Shown here piece after piece: positions 25,081 to 38,716 of a stretch of 64,000 nt of DNA (within the stretch, counting starts at the first letter, position 1; every line of letters starts with the position of its first letter). The translations under genes were made by a program, and so were the position numbers. The notes under the pieces are model-generated. The model was not told the origin of the DNA and did not search any database. It was given only the letters and a program-made list of their open reading frames with translations. The stretch spans positions 105,214,001 to 105,278,000 of the forward strand of contig NC_043001.1 in assembly GCF_006345805.1 (NCBI RefSeq). The letters are read 5' to 3'. Origin of the DNA: Octopus sinensis (lineage: Eukaryota).

Positions 25081-26608
25081 TGGATGTTGGCTATATTCCC
25101 AAAAACCTTCTGTCCCAGTCTGTTGTCCCAGTTTTCAAAAAGGGAAACAAGTCCCTAGCAGTGAACTACCGTCCGATCTCACTCACCTCTCATCATCAGG
25201 TATTTGAGAGGGTGGTGAGATCTCGAATAACCCAATTTCTGGAAAGCAACAGACGGCTGATCTCCAACCAACATGGGTTCCGTAATGGAAGGGACTGCCT
25301 AACGCAGCTCCTGCATCACTTTGAGGACATTTTGAGAGCTTGGGAGAGGGCTTCCAACACCGATGTCATCTACCTTGATTTCAGTAAGGCCTTCGACAGG
25401 GTCGATCACAAGATCCTATTGAAAAAACTATCCAACATTGGTGTCTCTGGAAAGTTACTGAAATGGATCAAGTGTTTCCTGACAGACAGATCTCAACATG
25501 TTGTAGTTGAAGGGGTAAAATCAAGCCCAGCCAAAGTCAGTAGTGGCGTTCCGAAAGGCACTGTGCTGGCCCACTTCTTTTCATCATTTACATTAATGAC
25601 ATTAATGACATCATCAAGCACAGCAACATAAAAATCTTTGCAGATGACTCCAAGCTACAGAAGGTCATAATGAGGCGAGAGTGACCGGACATGCCTTCAG
25701 TCAGATCTACTGGCTGTTATCCAATGGGCAGAAAAAACAATATGCTGCTGAACGAGGATAAATTTGAGCTAATCCACTTTGGAAAAGAGGATGCCCTGAA
25801 ACTCCATACTCTCTTCCTTCAGGTGAAACTCTCGCGGCGTCCAACAACATCAGAGACTTGGGAGTAATTGTGGACAACAACATAAGCTGGCCACTCATAT
25901 AAACACCAAAGTTGACATGGCCCGCAGAATGTGTTCCTGGATTCTCAGAACTTTCCAGTCGAGAGATATCCACCACCATTATCCTTCTCTTCTCCACTTT
26001 TGCCCGACCCCACCTTGAATACTGTTGTCCACTGTGGTCTCCCCACACAATACAAGGTATCCAAAAGTTGAAGCACCTCAAAGGGCAATCACAAAAAAGA
26101 TAGATGGCATGACAGGCCTCGACTATTGGGGTCGACTAGAAAAGCTAAAACTCTATTCTCTCCAACGTCGTCGGAGCGCTACATCATCTGCATGATGTGG
26201 AAAATATTCCATCAGCATTGCCCAAATGATGTTGGCATCACCTTTAAGGTACATCTAAGGCTTGGGCCCCGTGCCATCCGCCCAAACAAAAATCACACTC
26301 TCATCTCATAACAACAATACGGCACAATTATTCACCTCAATTGGCCCCGCTCTCTTTAACATTACACCAAAACACATTAAAACAGAAACTGACCCTATAG
26401 GTTCAAGAAGTCTTTGGACAGATTCCTTCAAGAAATCCCGGATAAACCCCCTACACCCGGATATGTTTCTGTAAACAATAACTCTCTACTTGAGTGTGCC
26501 ATAGTGCCCAAATTCTGACTGAAAAACTTCACCAGGAGGTGCTATTAGTTAGACATGGCCTGGGCCAATAATGGCCGAAACCTATCAAAGTATCAAAGTA
26601 TCAAAGTA
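25081..26608 (+). mobile_element. young 5'-truncated CR1-type LINE (RT to 3' end) inserted in (TA)n
   Basis: [84 protein letters not shown]; 3' end (TATCAAAG)x3. Confidence 0.9.
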
Positions 26609-26654
26609 TATATGTATATATATATGTATATATATATATATATTATATATATAT

Positions 26655-26729
<75 letters not shown>

Positions 26730-27315
26730 ACATATATGTATATTATATATATAGGAATGAAATATTCTGGTATAACCATATATTGCGTAAAACAATATTT
26801 TTCATTCCCTACTTCCTATTAGATAGCTTCCCCCCCTTTATTTCTTTAATAGTATCAACGTTATTAATGCTATGACTAGTTCCATTGTAATAATAGGGTA
26901 AGTTATTTGAAATGATACCAAGTATCAACCCAGTTTGTACACAGCTCCTTACGGAGGTAAATTTACGAATCAAAAGATTCGGAATGTAAGGAGAAAAAAC
27001 GAAAATAGCTTACGGAATTAAAAAAAAAATCCAAGATAGGTAAAAAACAAAGAAATATACAAAGATAAGGACTGCGTGTGGTATATATAGAGATCCGGCA
27101 TAAGTACAAGGAAGAGAAAAAATCAAATTAGCTAGATTAGGTACCTCTTCATATCCCAGTAGAAAATGTCAAGTGGAGAAATGCGAAGTAACAAGATGGA
27201 TTATACACATAAAAATCAATGTAAAATCTTATTTATATGTGGGGACCGCGCCACACACACAAGCGTACATATGCATGTACACAGATACATAAATGCGTAC
27301 ACACATATATATGTA

Positions 27316-27351
<36 letters not shown>

Positions 27352-27361
27352 TGTATGTATG

Positions 27362-27397
<36 letters not shown>

Positions 27398-27421
27398 TAC
27401 ATATATGCATACTTTCATATG

Positions 27422-27458
<37 letters not shown>

Positions 27459-28381
27459 ATATATATATATATATATGAAAGTAACTACGGAACTATAAAT
27501 TAACTAATACGGTAGGGAGCTAGAAGTAATAATATCTTTCGAAGTATATTTGGCTCCTTCATCGAATTATCCCATCTGCTTGTGTATGTACATCGTGATG
27601 TATTAGAAGCGTGTATAGAGGTTTCGTTTAACAGTTACATACAGGATCTATATCGTGCACATGTCATAATGGCTGTGTAAAGGACTCACACACATACGCA
27701 CACACACTAATATGCATTTATGTATGTATGTTTGTATGTATATATTTACATAAATATATATACTCACGCACATATATATAAATATCTATATATATGTACA
27801 TATATAAATATATATATGTAAATGTATATCTTTACACACACACACACTTATATATATATACATATATAAATGTGTGTGTGTGTGTGCATATATACATACA
27901 TGTACATACATATGTAGGTATATAGATATGCATATATTGGTATAGTACGTCATAAAACGTAAACAACATGAAATACAAAATACAAATACCTCTGACTACG
28001 AACTTCTCTGCGAACAACGAAAGAAACAAATGAATAATAAGACACGTAACATAAAGAACTAACCTTCATCAGTTGTTGGCTGTTTTTTTCTACTACATAT
28101 TTCGAGCAATTACGACAAGATGTGTCTCCGAGGAACAGTTGCTCTCGCAAAGCAAAATAAACTTTGGGATTTGCGGGACAGTGAAAGGAAACAATAAATG
28201 CTGTTAAGCCATAACGAGGTGAGGTGGCGAACGCTGGTGGAACGAGTTTTGGCGGGAAAGATGATAGGAGAGGAGACAGACAAGAATACGTATAATGTGT
28301 GTAGCAGATCAAAAGGAGAGAAAGAAGCTCAAGTTAGGAAAAGAAGGGGGAGAGAGAACAGTACAGAGTCTCGCATCATGT

Positions 28382-28481
<100 letters not shown>

Positions 28482-28868
28482 GATATATATATATATAGAT
28501 ATATAGTTAGATAGATAGATAGATAGATAGATAGATGCATACATGTGTATACACACATACACACATATATACACGTGTGTGTCCGGGCACTAAATATATA
28601 CACATGAATACATACATACAAATTTATGCTGATTAGCAGCGGCATCTAGCAAGCCAAGCCACTCCACGCTGATAAAGGGCAATAACTCTGAAACTAATCT
28701 GTGAGTGCTAGGTTTGGCTCGTAGAGGTACTAAACCCTACTGTTTGAAAGTTTAAGGATATAACGTTTATGCCGTATAACCAGCTAGAAACGATGTTTCT
28801 AGGGGCTAAATAACAGTAACATTCCTCCCCTTCCTAGGGTTGCCACATTACGTTGGCAAAAATTCATC

Positions 28869-28914
<46 letters not shown>

Positions 28915-30591
28915 CTTTATCTTTCCTGGGTCTCAGCCAGAGATTTAGGCCATGCTAGTGCACCGCCTTTACTGCATCCGGGGATTTTTCAGTATTGCTT
29001 CTGTGGAAGTAGCGAGTTGGATGTTGCCGCCCTTGTTTGTGCCTCCTGCTGCGATGTGGGTTCATCTGGTATTGCAAATAAAAAAAAAAACTGACTATAT
29101 ACTAGAATCCATTTGATAATTTATATATTCCCAGTTACTCTATGTGACGGTTTATTATATTTCGGAAAAGGCTTTACAATGAATTACTTTTGTGATGGCG
29201 GTAGCCTGTGATTGGTCGGAGATTTAAGTTGCAGAAATAGACTATAAAGGTCAGTCCAATATGTCTACATAACCATTGTTCTCTTGTATCTACACATAGT
29301 CTATCAGCAACGAACGTAAATGCCATTAACTGAGTCGGAATATATGTTAATAGGTCCTCTTCTTCAAGAATAGCTTATAACCCAACTGTGAAATATATGT
29401 TTGAAAAGCTTGAAATATTTCGTCTGAAGAAGATAACGAAAGTCAGATCTATTGTCTATATGTAGGCAATAAATCACAATTTTCTCAGAGACCTTAGCTG
29501 AATACGGTTAATTTCCTAATGAAGTCGCTGGAGTGTAACTATTGATACACTCGGAAATCATCCATATAAATATAAGCGAGACTATACATTTTCTTTGTTA
29601 ACTTTAATATCTTATTCCCAACTAATATATCACTATCTGTTACTATAAAATGCAAACTACTAATGCGTTGATGATGTAATATCTGTCACTATATCTATAA
29701 CATCTATACTGTAGACTGAGAAATATTGCAAACTTACAAATGCTTCACCTTCACAGAATAATGCAGTGAACAGGAAGTCGAAGTGTAGTTGAGTGGTTAC
29801 CTGTGTGGAGATGGAATGATCTTTCCTAAGAATCAATGGAATGAATGACAAAACACCCATTACTACAGACGACATTCCTCTATCGACATATTACCTCTTC
29901 TCCTCTGTATCACTGCCGTTGCTATCTCACTACAGTTATATATCTTTGTCTTTGCAAGATAATTACCGTAGCCTCCACATTATCTATTTCATTAATTTAA
30001 CTCGGGCCATTTGTCAAAATTGATGTGTTTTAGGAACTCAAAAAGTCTTTTGATCATGATATTTATTGAGAGTCCATTAAATCAATGTCTACGATCTCTA
30101 AATCGAGACATTGATCTGTTTAATAAGGTAGTATCAAAATTCTGCATGAATTATTGATCATCATACGATTCATTGATCAACTTCAGAAGACACTTTTATG
30201 AAATTTTATATACCATTAAGCTCATTAGCAATCGGTGAAATTAGTCTCATGAGTGATTCTAACAGCAGCATTAAACTGGTTTCCTTGTCAACAAAATATA
30301 AAATACTTATTATTTTTTTTTTCATAATGAAGCATTATATATCATGAAAATAATATTCTTGTCAAACGAATTCTTAACCCAATATATCCAGAGCGTAGTA
30401 AAATTAGCGTGTTAGAATAGATTGTACACAAATGATTAGATGGAAATAGCAACATTTTAAAGAAGTGCAATACGTATATACAATAAAGAAGAGATTTGTA
30501 ATTTTATGTTCGTAGTTGAAGACGGTAATTGAAACTGCTCCGATCGATTCGGGAACAAGTCGGCCAACGGTTTATATGTACTCTAGCATAG

Positions 30592-30815
30592 GGCGGTGAG
30601 CTGGCAGAATCGTTAGCACGCCTGGCGAAATGCGTAGCCGTATTTCGTCTGCCGTTACGTTCTCAGTTTAAATTCCACCGTGGCCGATTTTGCCTTTCAT
30701 CCTTTCGGGGTCGATAAAGTAAGTACCAGTTACGCACTGGGGTCGATATAATCGACTTAATCCGTTTGACTGTCTTTGTTTGTCCCTTCTGTTTAGCCCC
30801 TTGTGGGTAGTAAAG

Positions 30816-30820
<5 letters not shown>
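30592..30820 (+). mobile_element. SINE family B, full length, type-1 tail running into (TA)n
   Basis: A box tggcagaatcg; ends agccccttgtgggtagtaaagaaata(TA)n. Confidence 0.9.
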
Positions 30821-30858
<38 letters not shown>

Positions 30859-30894
30859 TACTCCAGCATACTGTTATTACAGTAATACGGAAAA

Positions 30895-31169
30895 GGTGCA
30901 GACATAGCTGTGTGATAAGAAGCTTGCTTTCCAACCACATGATCCCGAGTTCAGTCCCACTGAGTGGCACCTTGGGTAGCTGGCTTCTACTATAGCATCA
31001 AGCCGACTGAAATTTTGTGAATGAATATAGTAAACGGAAAGAAAACGTAACTCGTCTTGTGTGCGCGTCTTTGTTGGTGACTCTCCCCGTCATCGATTGA
31101 CAACCGGTGTTGGTGTGTTTACGTCCCCATAATGTATCGGCAAAAGTTATAACGACTGAATAAGTACCA

Positions 31170-31172
<3 letters not shown>
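30895..31172 (+). mobile_element. SINE family A, decayed, 3'-truncated
   Basis: Head gagttcagtcccact, core ccttgggtag. Confidence 0.75.
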
Positions 31173-31226
<54 letters not shown>

Positions 31227-31339
31227 CTGAAATAAGTAAAAGATAAAATAAGATAAAAAGTAGTTTCACCATCGGCTCCAACGAGGTACTGACTCTCCAT
31301 TGGGGTTTTTATTTTGTTTCTGACTCTGAAGTTTCTAGA

Positions 31340-31736
31340 CCAAGGCTGATCTTTAATCTTTTCTACTCTAGAGGCACAAGTCTCGAATTTTTGTGGGAGG
31401 GAGCCAGTCAATTAGATAGACCACAGAACTCAACTGTACTGAATTATAGCGACACTGAAAGGATGAAAGGCAAAGTCGACCTCGGCAGAATTTGAACTAA
31501 GAACGTAATGGCAGACTAAGCATTTTTCCAGGCGTGCTAACATTTCTTTTCAATTCTAGGCAACATAAGCCAGGTGTTTCTATTTGAACTTTTTGAAAAC
31601 CAGTATAAACTGTGAAACCGGTTTAAGCTTTGACTATATTGATATTAAATATTTTAACTATTCTCAGTGTATTCTGAACTTCTATTTTTTCTATATTTCT
31701 ACCCGTGTGGACTAAAACAATTTTGATTTCTCTCTC

Positions 31737-31830
<94 letters not shown>

Positions 31831-32025
31831 GATGAGTAAATTCTTTTCTACTCTAGTTACAAGGCCTGGAATTTTGGTGAGAGGGGGCCACTTGATGAAA
31901 TAGGTCCCGAAAGGATGAATGGCAAAGTCGAACTCAGCGGAATTAGAACTCAGAACGTCAAGACAGACGAAATACGGCTAAGTATTTTCGACTGGCGTGC
32001 TAACATTTCTGCAAGTTCATCGCCT
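31340..32025 (-). mobile_element. two decayed SINE family B copies (about 31340-31550 and 31835-32025) separated by a microsatellite
   Basis: aaggatgaaaggcaaagtcga..ggaatttgaact motifs; type-2 tails. Confidence 0.75.
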
Positions 32026-32049
32026 ATGTGATGACTAATTTGTCTCCAT

Positions 32050-32565
32050 GCTATATCTTCAATTTCGCATAAGCGCATTGTTTACTAGGATCAGCTGGGC
32101 ACCGTCTGTGAGAAAAACAGCACCATGACGCAATTCACTCTGCCAGAAATTTGGAAAGGACATGCTATACTGCTTGGCATTTGCACCGAAAGCTCCAATA
32201 CGCATATGTACCGAGTGTAATAAAATCAAGCATCCAATCAACATCATGATGTTTGGAGTGATCGCTAGTGATGACGACGTTATGCCACAATTCATCTTCC
32301 CACACGGCCTCAGACTAACTGAAGGCAAGGATTATGGCAGCATTCACCATCTTAAATAAGGAGACCGACCAGAAGATTTGCAGGAGATTCCGAAGTCGTC
32401 TGGAGGCCGTGGTTGAAGCCAATAGCGATTATATTGAATAATTTGACTCTTTAGTGTTTCAAAATATTTGTATGTAATTTTGGTAAATAAATCTGTTAAA
32501 ATGAGTTGTGATTGTTATCTTTATTTTTGCGTAATTCAGACGACAGCTTATTCACCGCACTCTGT
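32050..32565 (+). mobile_element. internally deleted DD37D/maT-like transposon
   Basis: KHPINIMMFGVIASDDDVMPQFIFPHGLRL and C-terminal KETDQKICRRFRSRLEAVVEANSDYIE*; right end reads acagagtgcggtgaataag on the minus strand (TIR-like). Confidence 0.7.
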
Positions 32566-32580
32566 GTGTTTGTGTTTGCG

Positions 32581-32634
<54 letters not shown>

Positions 32635-33959
32635 GTATGTATGTATGTGTGTGTGCACGCATAAACATACACAAAAATTTGACTATGTCACAGTCTATGT
32701 AAGCGTGGGCATACGACCGTTCACATCAAAGGCTTATTTAATTATTTGATGTACGCATTTTCAATAAAATATGTATAAAATCATATTAAGCACTGGTGTG
32801 GGTACGATCGACTAATATGCCAATATGGCTCGCCATAGCCAAGTGTAGTTTATTGACTGAAACCAAGAAATTAATGAAAGACTGCAATAAATACAAAAAC
32901 TTCGTAAGTATAATTATAGAGAATGTCTTGCAGAGGCGCAGAGTTTGCTGAAATTATTATATCATATGAAACATAGTCTAATGGACAAACTGGTAGTTTA
33001 CTAATTTCCAATAAGTTTTTCAGTCATTATATTGTCCCTTCGAATAATGTCTATTATGGATATTATAATATATTGCAAATAAATAAATTACGTATCAGAA
33101 TAAAGCCTTGACAGTAGCAAGATATTGAAATGGGTGTTGTGATTTCTCCGAGGCGAGTCGGCTGATGTAACGCGAATTCATTACATAAATCACAATACGA
33201 ATTCTTAAAGCCAGGAATGTGTGATTTTAAGGAAATTTGGATGTTATTTCTTACACATCAATATAATTATATAATTTTGGTGAATAAATTTCATTGGGTA
33301 ATCGTTTAGAAAAACTAATTGAGAGTAAAATACGCTAAATTTAATGAAATATTGATCAAACAATATAAAGCGATGGTTTATTATAGAAGCTGATAAGCCG
33401 TTAAGAAGCTAATGATACTTTGGAATTACAGCTTTAAAATATATAATTTGTAAAGGAATTGAAGAGAAAACAGTTGGGTGTTCATTACTAAGATTCCCCT
33501 CAAAATTTCACAGTTCGTAATTTATCCTTCTCTGATACAGGAAAGATATATTATAATAATATAGTTATTAGATGTTCCGTAAACAGAAACTTTATAGTCA
33601 AAGCTGTAAATAACTTTGGCATAGCTCTACACGTTCATAGTAATATGGAAAATATACTGAGAAATCCTCAAAAGTATATATCATGAAAGATTACTAAATG
33701 TGTATTATGTATGGAATGATCTAAGGAATAATTTAATATGCTTATACAGTAGAAAGTAGAAGGAGCAGGTTGACATAGAGGTTACACAACCTGTGACCAT
33801 AGTTGTAGCTCATATTTACTCAATGTGTGCATAGGTTTTATGTGAGTGGCGGGGTTTATAGATATGCATACATATATCCACGATTATAATTGCAAAATCT
33901 GTTTATTATATAATGCGCAATGATATAAAGAAACAAACCGGAACCTCACCTGCAGTATA

Positions 33960-34800
33960 CCTACATGTACGTGATCCAACGGTTTTTTCACTCATAACTT
34001 CCAGAAAAATCGATATCTTTTAATGAAATTTTCTACAAATATGCTTTAGATGGCGTAGATTCCTATTACATCCACATTTATGGTCGAAAGTGTACTTCGA
34101 AAAAATGCTGGTGTGTTATTATGGATGTATGCTATTCCCGCTCCCACTTTATATTTTCATCATAAATTCCGATATAATCATACCCTACACACTCTGAAAG
34201 GTATTTGTCAAAATATTCATATTAAAGTATCCATTTCCCGAAAGTTATGCGGAAACAAATCCTATCCGTGTGGATTTTCTGCACTTTCTCTCCCCACTCC
34301 CTCGAAAACAGATTTGTTTTCACAACAAATTCACATATGATATAAACCTACCCTATCCGAAGCTTATTTGTAGAAATTGTCATTAAAAAATAGCGATTCT
34401 TCCGGAAGTTATGAGGAAGTAGTATCCACGGGGGAACATTTGTGTATATATAACCAATACTTTAAAATATGTCTTCGATTATAATTTTAACAAAATTCAT
34501 GTTTATTACGGGTTTTCGGTAATGCATGCGTAATGACTCATGACCGTACCTCAGTTTTTGTGCATTATGTGGACTTCCATAATATAAGAATTTTTTGTGA
34601 ACATATTTTTGTGAGGATCGTGAAAATAGTTTCAGAAAGTTCACGCGAATTGGGTTTCTTCCGCATAACGTTGAGGAAAATGGATATTTTTTCTGAAACT
34701 TTCTACAAATGCATTTTAGAGTGTGTAGATAACAAGTATGTAATATGGCAGAATCATATATTTACTAAATAAAATTCAAATTTCAAAAAATTGCGATGCG
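33960..34800. repeat. non-coding element with ~51-bp motif in direct and inverted copies (foldback/MITE-like)
   Basis: 33991-34041 (+), 34365-34415 (-), about 34662-34710 (+, more diverged). Confidence 0.55.
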
Positions 34801-36577
34801 TGCATATAAAAACTAGTCTACACCAAAGTAGGATCCTCTAACTTCTATGCACTGTTAGTGGCTCTCCAGCTGCTTCCTAGAGGCTCCTTAGAAGTCCTGC
34901 AAAGTAAAGATTGAAAATTTCTACAATCTGGTGTCCAAACGTGCGACGAAGCAATGCAGGTTCAAGACAGGAAAATTATTATCCCGACTTAAGTCCTAAC
35001 TACTTTAACAAACTTCCTGTTTCTCATTATTTTTCAGACTGTTGAAACTGCTGGTTTTCACTCCGTATTTAGTACTCATTTTATATTGTATTTCATAAAA
35101 GCCATCTTACCTAAATTGAAGTCTGTCCTGTAGAAACCTTTTGCTGTTGTAGCACAGTATATCGAAAAGCTGATACTAAGGTGTATTAGAAGCAGGCGAT
35201 CGTCTGCTATTGAGAGAAAACAGATACGACAAAAGTAAATACGGGGCAATTAGTTTAGTACAAAAATTATTATTATTATACACAAACACTCATGTATACC
35301 ATTATAGAATTTGGTGCACTCGTTTTCCAAAAGTGATTAACTATGTTTGTGATGCAGAGTATTAATGTTTCTCTTGGAATCCAATGTTTTCTTCCCTTAT
35401 AATATTTACTAATAGTAGTAGACATTACAATCGCCAAATGGGTTGTTGGCAGTTTTCACTTTCTAATGATATCTGGCTTTTGTAGATTTTGTTTTATTTC
35501 TAATGAATATACTTTTTTTCTTAATTTTCTGCACTTGATTTCTGAAGCTATCTTTAATTCTGTTATATCGCTAATGTCATTTTCTTAATGGCACCATTTT
35601 ATTTGTGTTATTCCAGAGATTTGACCTTTCCGTGTTGCCTTAATGTAGTGTCCCTTTAGTGTTCCGAAGAATTACCATTTGTTTTCGTTTTCCGTTTAAT
35701 TTCGTATATAATTCGATAAACTATCTGCAGCATTTACTTTAGATTTCTTCTATGTGTTGGCCTTAGTGTTCGTGTTGAATGTCATTATTCTTGCTATTAT
35801 TTACATATTTCCGGAAAACGACAATTATGTTGGCTACCGTTTCTATTGAAACTATTCACAGCTCATACCACGAGTATTTATACTCCTTATGTTCGTTGAC
35901 ATTGTACCCACTTACTCCATCTATTAATGGAAAACTACTCTCATTGATTTATATAAAAATGTCAATGAGTGGTTGTTCGTTTCGCTAAACTACATTCGGC
36001 TCTCTATTTCTGTATAGTCGATAAGTTTAGCTGTACTTGAATCTGGAACCCAATCTAATTCCGAAAATCTAATCTGAAAACTGCACAAATGCTGTATTAT
36101 TCGGGGCTTGAGAGCACTTGTATGTATGTTATGAAGGCAGGCTTTAATGAAAATAAAAATGCTATCAGATTTATAGCTATTTTAGTATCGTGAATGTGTT
36201 ATCAGATATCGAGAAGTATTAGTTGTGTAACATGAATGAAAATAAATATAACATAAAAGTGAACGCTCGCGTTTGTATTAAACTTTTGCTTTAATACTTA
36301 GGCGTTGTTTACCCGAAAAAAAGAGAGGGAAATAGAGACGGTGGCGAGGGAGAGAAAATAATGCAAGCGGCAAAACAATGGCACTGAATATACTATAAAA
36401 TGCATATCATATACATAGAAAATTAACTAGCAAAAATAAGGGCATTAAGGTCATGATTTGAAAGTCTTTTATTGGAAGGTGTAGAAACATAAACGCGATA
36501 TTGAGTATCGAAACAGAAAGAAATAGTAGAAGCGAAACGAAGAAGCTATTGATATTTACGCATATATATATATATAT

Positions 36578-36883
36578 CACCGTGATCACCGTGACCGACC
36601 AGGCTATCAGATGTTGCTACACATCGCTGGTCACAATGCGCGGCGCATTCTTTTAGCCTTCAAATAACGCCACCCCGCTGGTTAAGCGAGCAGGCCAACA
36701 AGAGAAAGAGTGAGAGAAAGTAATGGCGAAAGAATACAGCAGGGATCGCCCCCCCCCTGCCGGAGACTCGTGGAGCTTTCAGTGCTTTCGCTCAATAAAC
36801 ACTCACCACGCCCCCACTGAGAATCGAACCGCGATTCTACATCCGCGAGTCCGCTGCCCTAACCACTAGGCTATTGCGCCTCC
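36578..36883 (-). mobile_element. SINE family C, full length
   Basis: Reverse complement of head ggaggcgcaatagcctagtggttagggc and tail. Confidence 0.9.
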
Positions 36884-36891
36884 CCCCACAC

Positions 36892-36950
<59 letters not shown>

Positions 36951-36952
<2 letters not shown>

Positions 36953-37945
36953 AAAGTTGGTTTGTGAAAGCACGTGGTTGAATATATAGAAAATAGTAAA
37001 TTTTCCCCGAAAATACTACCTTACATATCTACATACAACCCCAGAAACAAAGAAGCCTTCACCATCATCACCCAGAATTTACCAATACTTCATAAGGACC
37101 CCAAATTAAAGGAAATTCTAAACATAGACCAAATCATTAAAAGCTACAAACAACCTAAATCACTTAAAAAGATTCTCACAAAGGCAAAATTGTCTTCTGA
37201 TATTACGGATGCAAAAGTAAAAAAATGTGGTAGATCGAACTGTGCAACATGTCCAAACCTGCTAGAAGGATCAGAATTCCTCTTTAAAGAGAGACAGAAA
37301 TTCAAGATCAAATCTAACTTTACTTGTGCCTCTGAAAACATAATTTATGTCATAAAATGCTCGGGCTGCCACCAAGACTACGTGGGATCCACGGGACTAT
37401 CATTCAGACGTAGATGCACACTGCATCGACAACAGATTGCATTCCCAGAATACAGAATGATACATTTTAGTGAGCACATTGAGAAATGTGCAAAGCAACT
37501 ACTACCGCAATTTTTAATATTTCCATTTTACCAATGTGCTATCGGATCATCAACACAAATTAGACTAAACAAGGAAACATTTTTCATTGAAAAGTACAAG
37601 CCCAGACTTAACCATCCCAACATACTGATACAGAGAAATTCACACCAAGGGAAAGGAAAAAAGTTTTAAGCGATTATCTCCCTTACACCGGAAGAAATCA
37701 CTCATTACCTCCCCTTATTTAGAACTCTTTTGAACATAAACATAACGATAACCCTGTTCAACATAAACATAACGTCGCAAGAAATTTGAAAAGCTAAACG
37801 CGAAACCGGTCTTTCTTCTAAATTATGTCATTATAAGAGAAAAAACATTTTTTAATATTCTTCAAAATTTTTTTTAATATTCTTCAGACATATTGACGCA
37901 AATATATATTTTTTAACATTTAAGCCTTCTGTAGTTTTTTCACTT
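36951..37945 (+). mobile_element. 5'-truncated Penelope-like element (Neptune-like) between (TA)n arrays
   Basis: GIY-YIG ORF followed by 3' UTR with degenerate hammerhead (37779-37817); TA arrays on both sides. Confidence 0.85.
36974..37669 (+). CDS. Penelope-like C-terminus: linker, Cys-rich motif and GIY-YIG endonuclease (uninterrupted 231-aa frame, no true start)
   Basis: PYISTYNP linker, KCGRSNCATC, NIIYVIKCSGCHQDYVGSTG..RRR..LHRQQI..HF, E..FIEKY.P.LN. Confidence 0.85.
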   Translation: MVEYIENSKFSPKILPYISTYNPRNKEAFTIITQNLPILHKDPKLKEILNIDQIIKSYKQPKSLKKILTKAKLSSDITDAKVKKCGRSNCATCPNLLEGSEFLFKERQKFKIKSNFTCASENIIYVIKCSGCHQDYVGSTGLSFRRRCTLHRQQIAFPEYRMIHFSEHIEKCAKQLLPQFLIFPFYQCAIGSSTQIRLNKETFFIEKYKPRLNHPNILIQRNSHQGKGKKF

Positions 37946-37950
37946 TTTAC

Positions 37951-38005
<55 letters not shown>

Positions 38006-38012
38006 ATATATA

Positions 38013-38202
38013 GTTAATGCAAACATGAAAACACAACAACGCGAGGACGTGGAACTAGTATAGTGTTAATGGACGCTCAGGTAAGGAAAGAAAGAAGGAG
38101 GATTTAACGTTTTGAGCGGAGCTCTTCGTCAGAAACATAGGAAAAGGAAATATCCAAGGAAGAGAAGACGGAGGGAAAGAATCGCCAACGGTACACACAC
38201 GG

Positions 38203-38210
<8 letters not shown>
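38013..38210 (-). mobile_element. short hammerhead-motif element
   Basis: ttt-CTGACGA-A-GAGC-tcc-GCTC-AAAA-CGT-T-aaa at 38102-38136; GAAA to AAAA fits CpG decay. Confidence 0.65.
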
Positions 38211-38243
<33 letters not shown>

Positions 38244-38716
38244 ATTATAATCTATCATTTCGTATAAAAAAACCATAGACACTAACTATCATTTATTTTA
38301 TTGATATGCTCCTAAAAGTTAGTCGTACATATGGAATATCTGTTATTATACGATATCAAATATCAACTTATATGCAAATTTATGCATGGCTTCAGCTAGG
38401 GTTTTTTTTTTCCCAATCATAATAATATGTAGGTAAATATATATTGCGTATGAAATGTATATATTAGGACGTGCCTATCACTCCGACAATTTTTTCTGTA
38501 CCTTTTGATAGCCGTCCCTGCTTTTTAAATGTTTATATGCCAATAGCAATATGAAAGCAATTCTCACTTTGGTCAGTCATGTATGAAGAACATCGTGCAA
38601 GAGGCAGGGATTAATGACAGCTTAATTAGCCAATGATAAGTCTTGACCACGCTGTTGTCAAAGAGTTGCTGTTACCATGTACCATGTAATAGATAATAGT
38701 CTTACATAACCGTATA

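Noticed and set aside
27528-28160. Further hammerhead-like motifs at 27528-27570 (-) and 28060-28160 (-)
   Set aside because: Stem II is plausible, but the core has several substitutions; not supportable without a consensus.
29420-29450. CTGAAGAAG...CGAAAGTC motif
   Set aside because: No stem I or III pairing.
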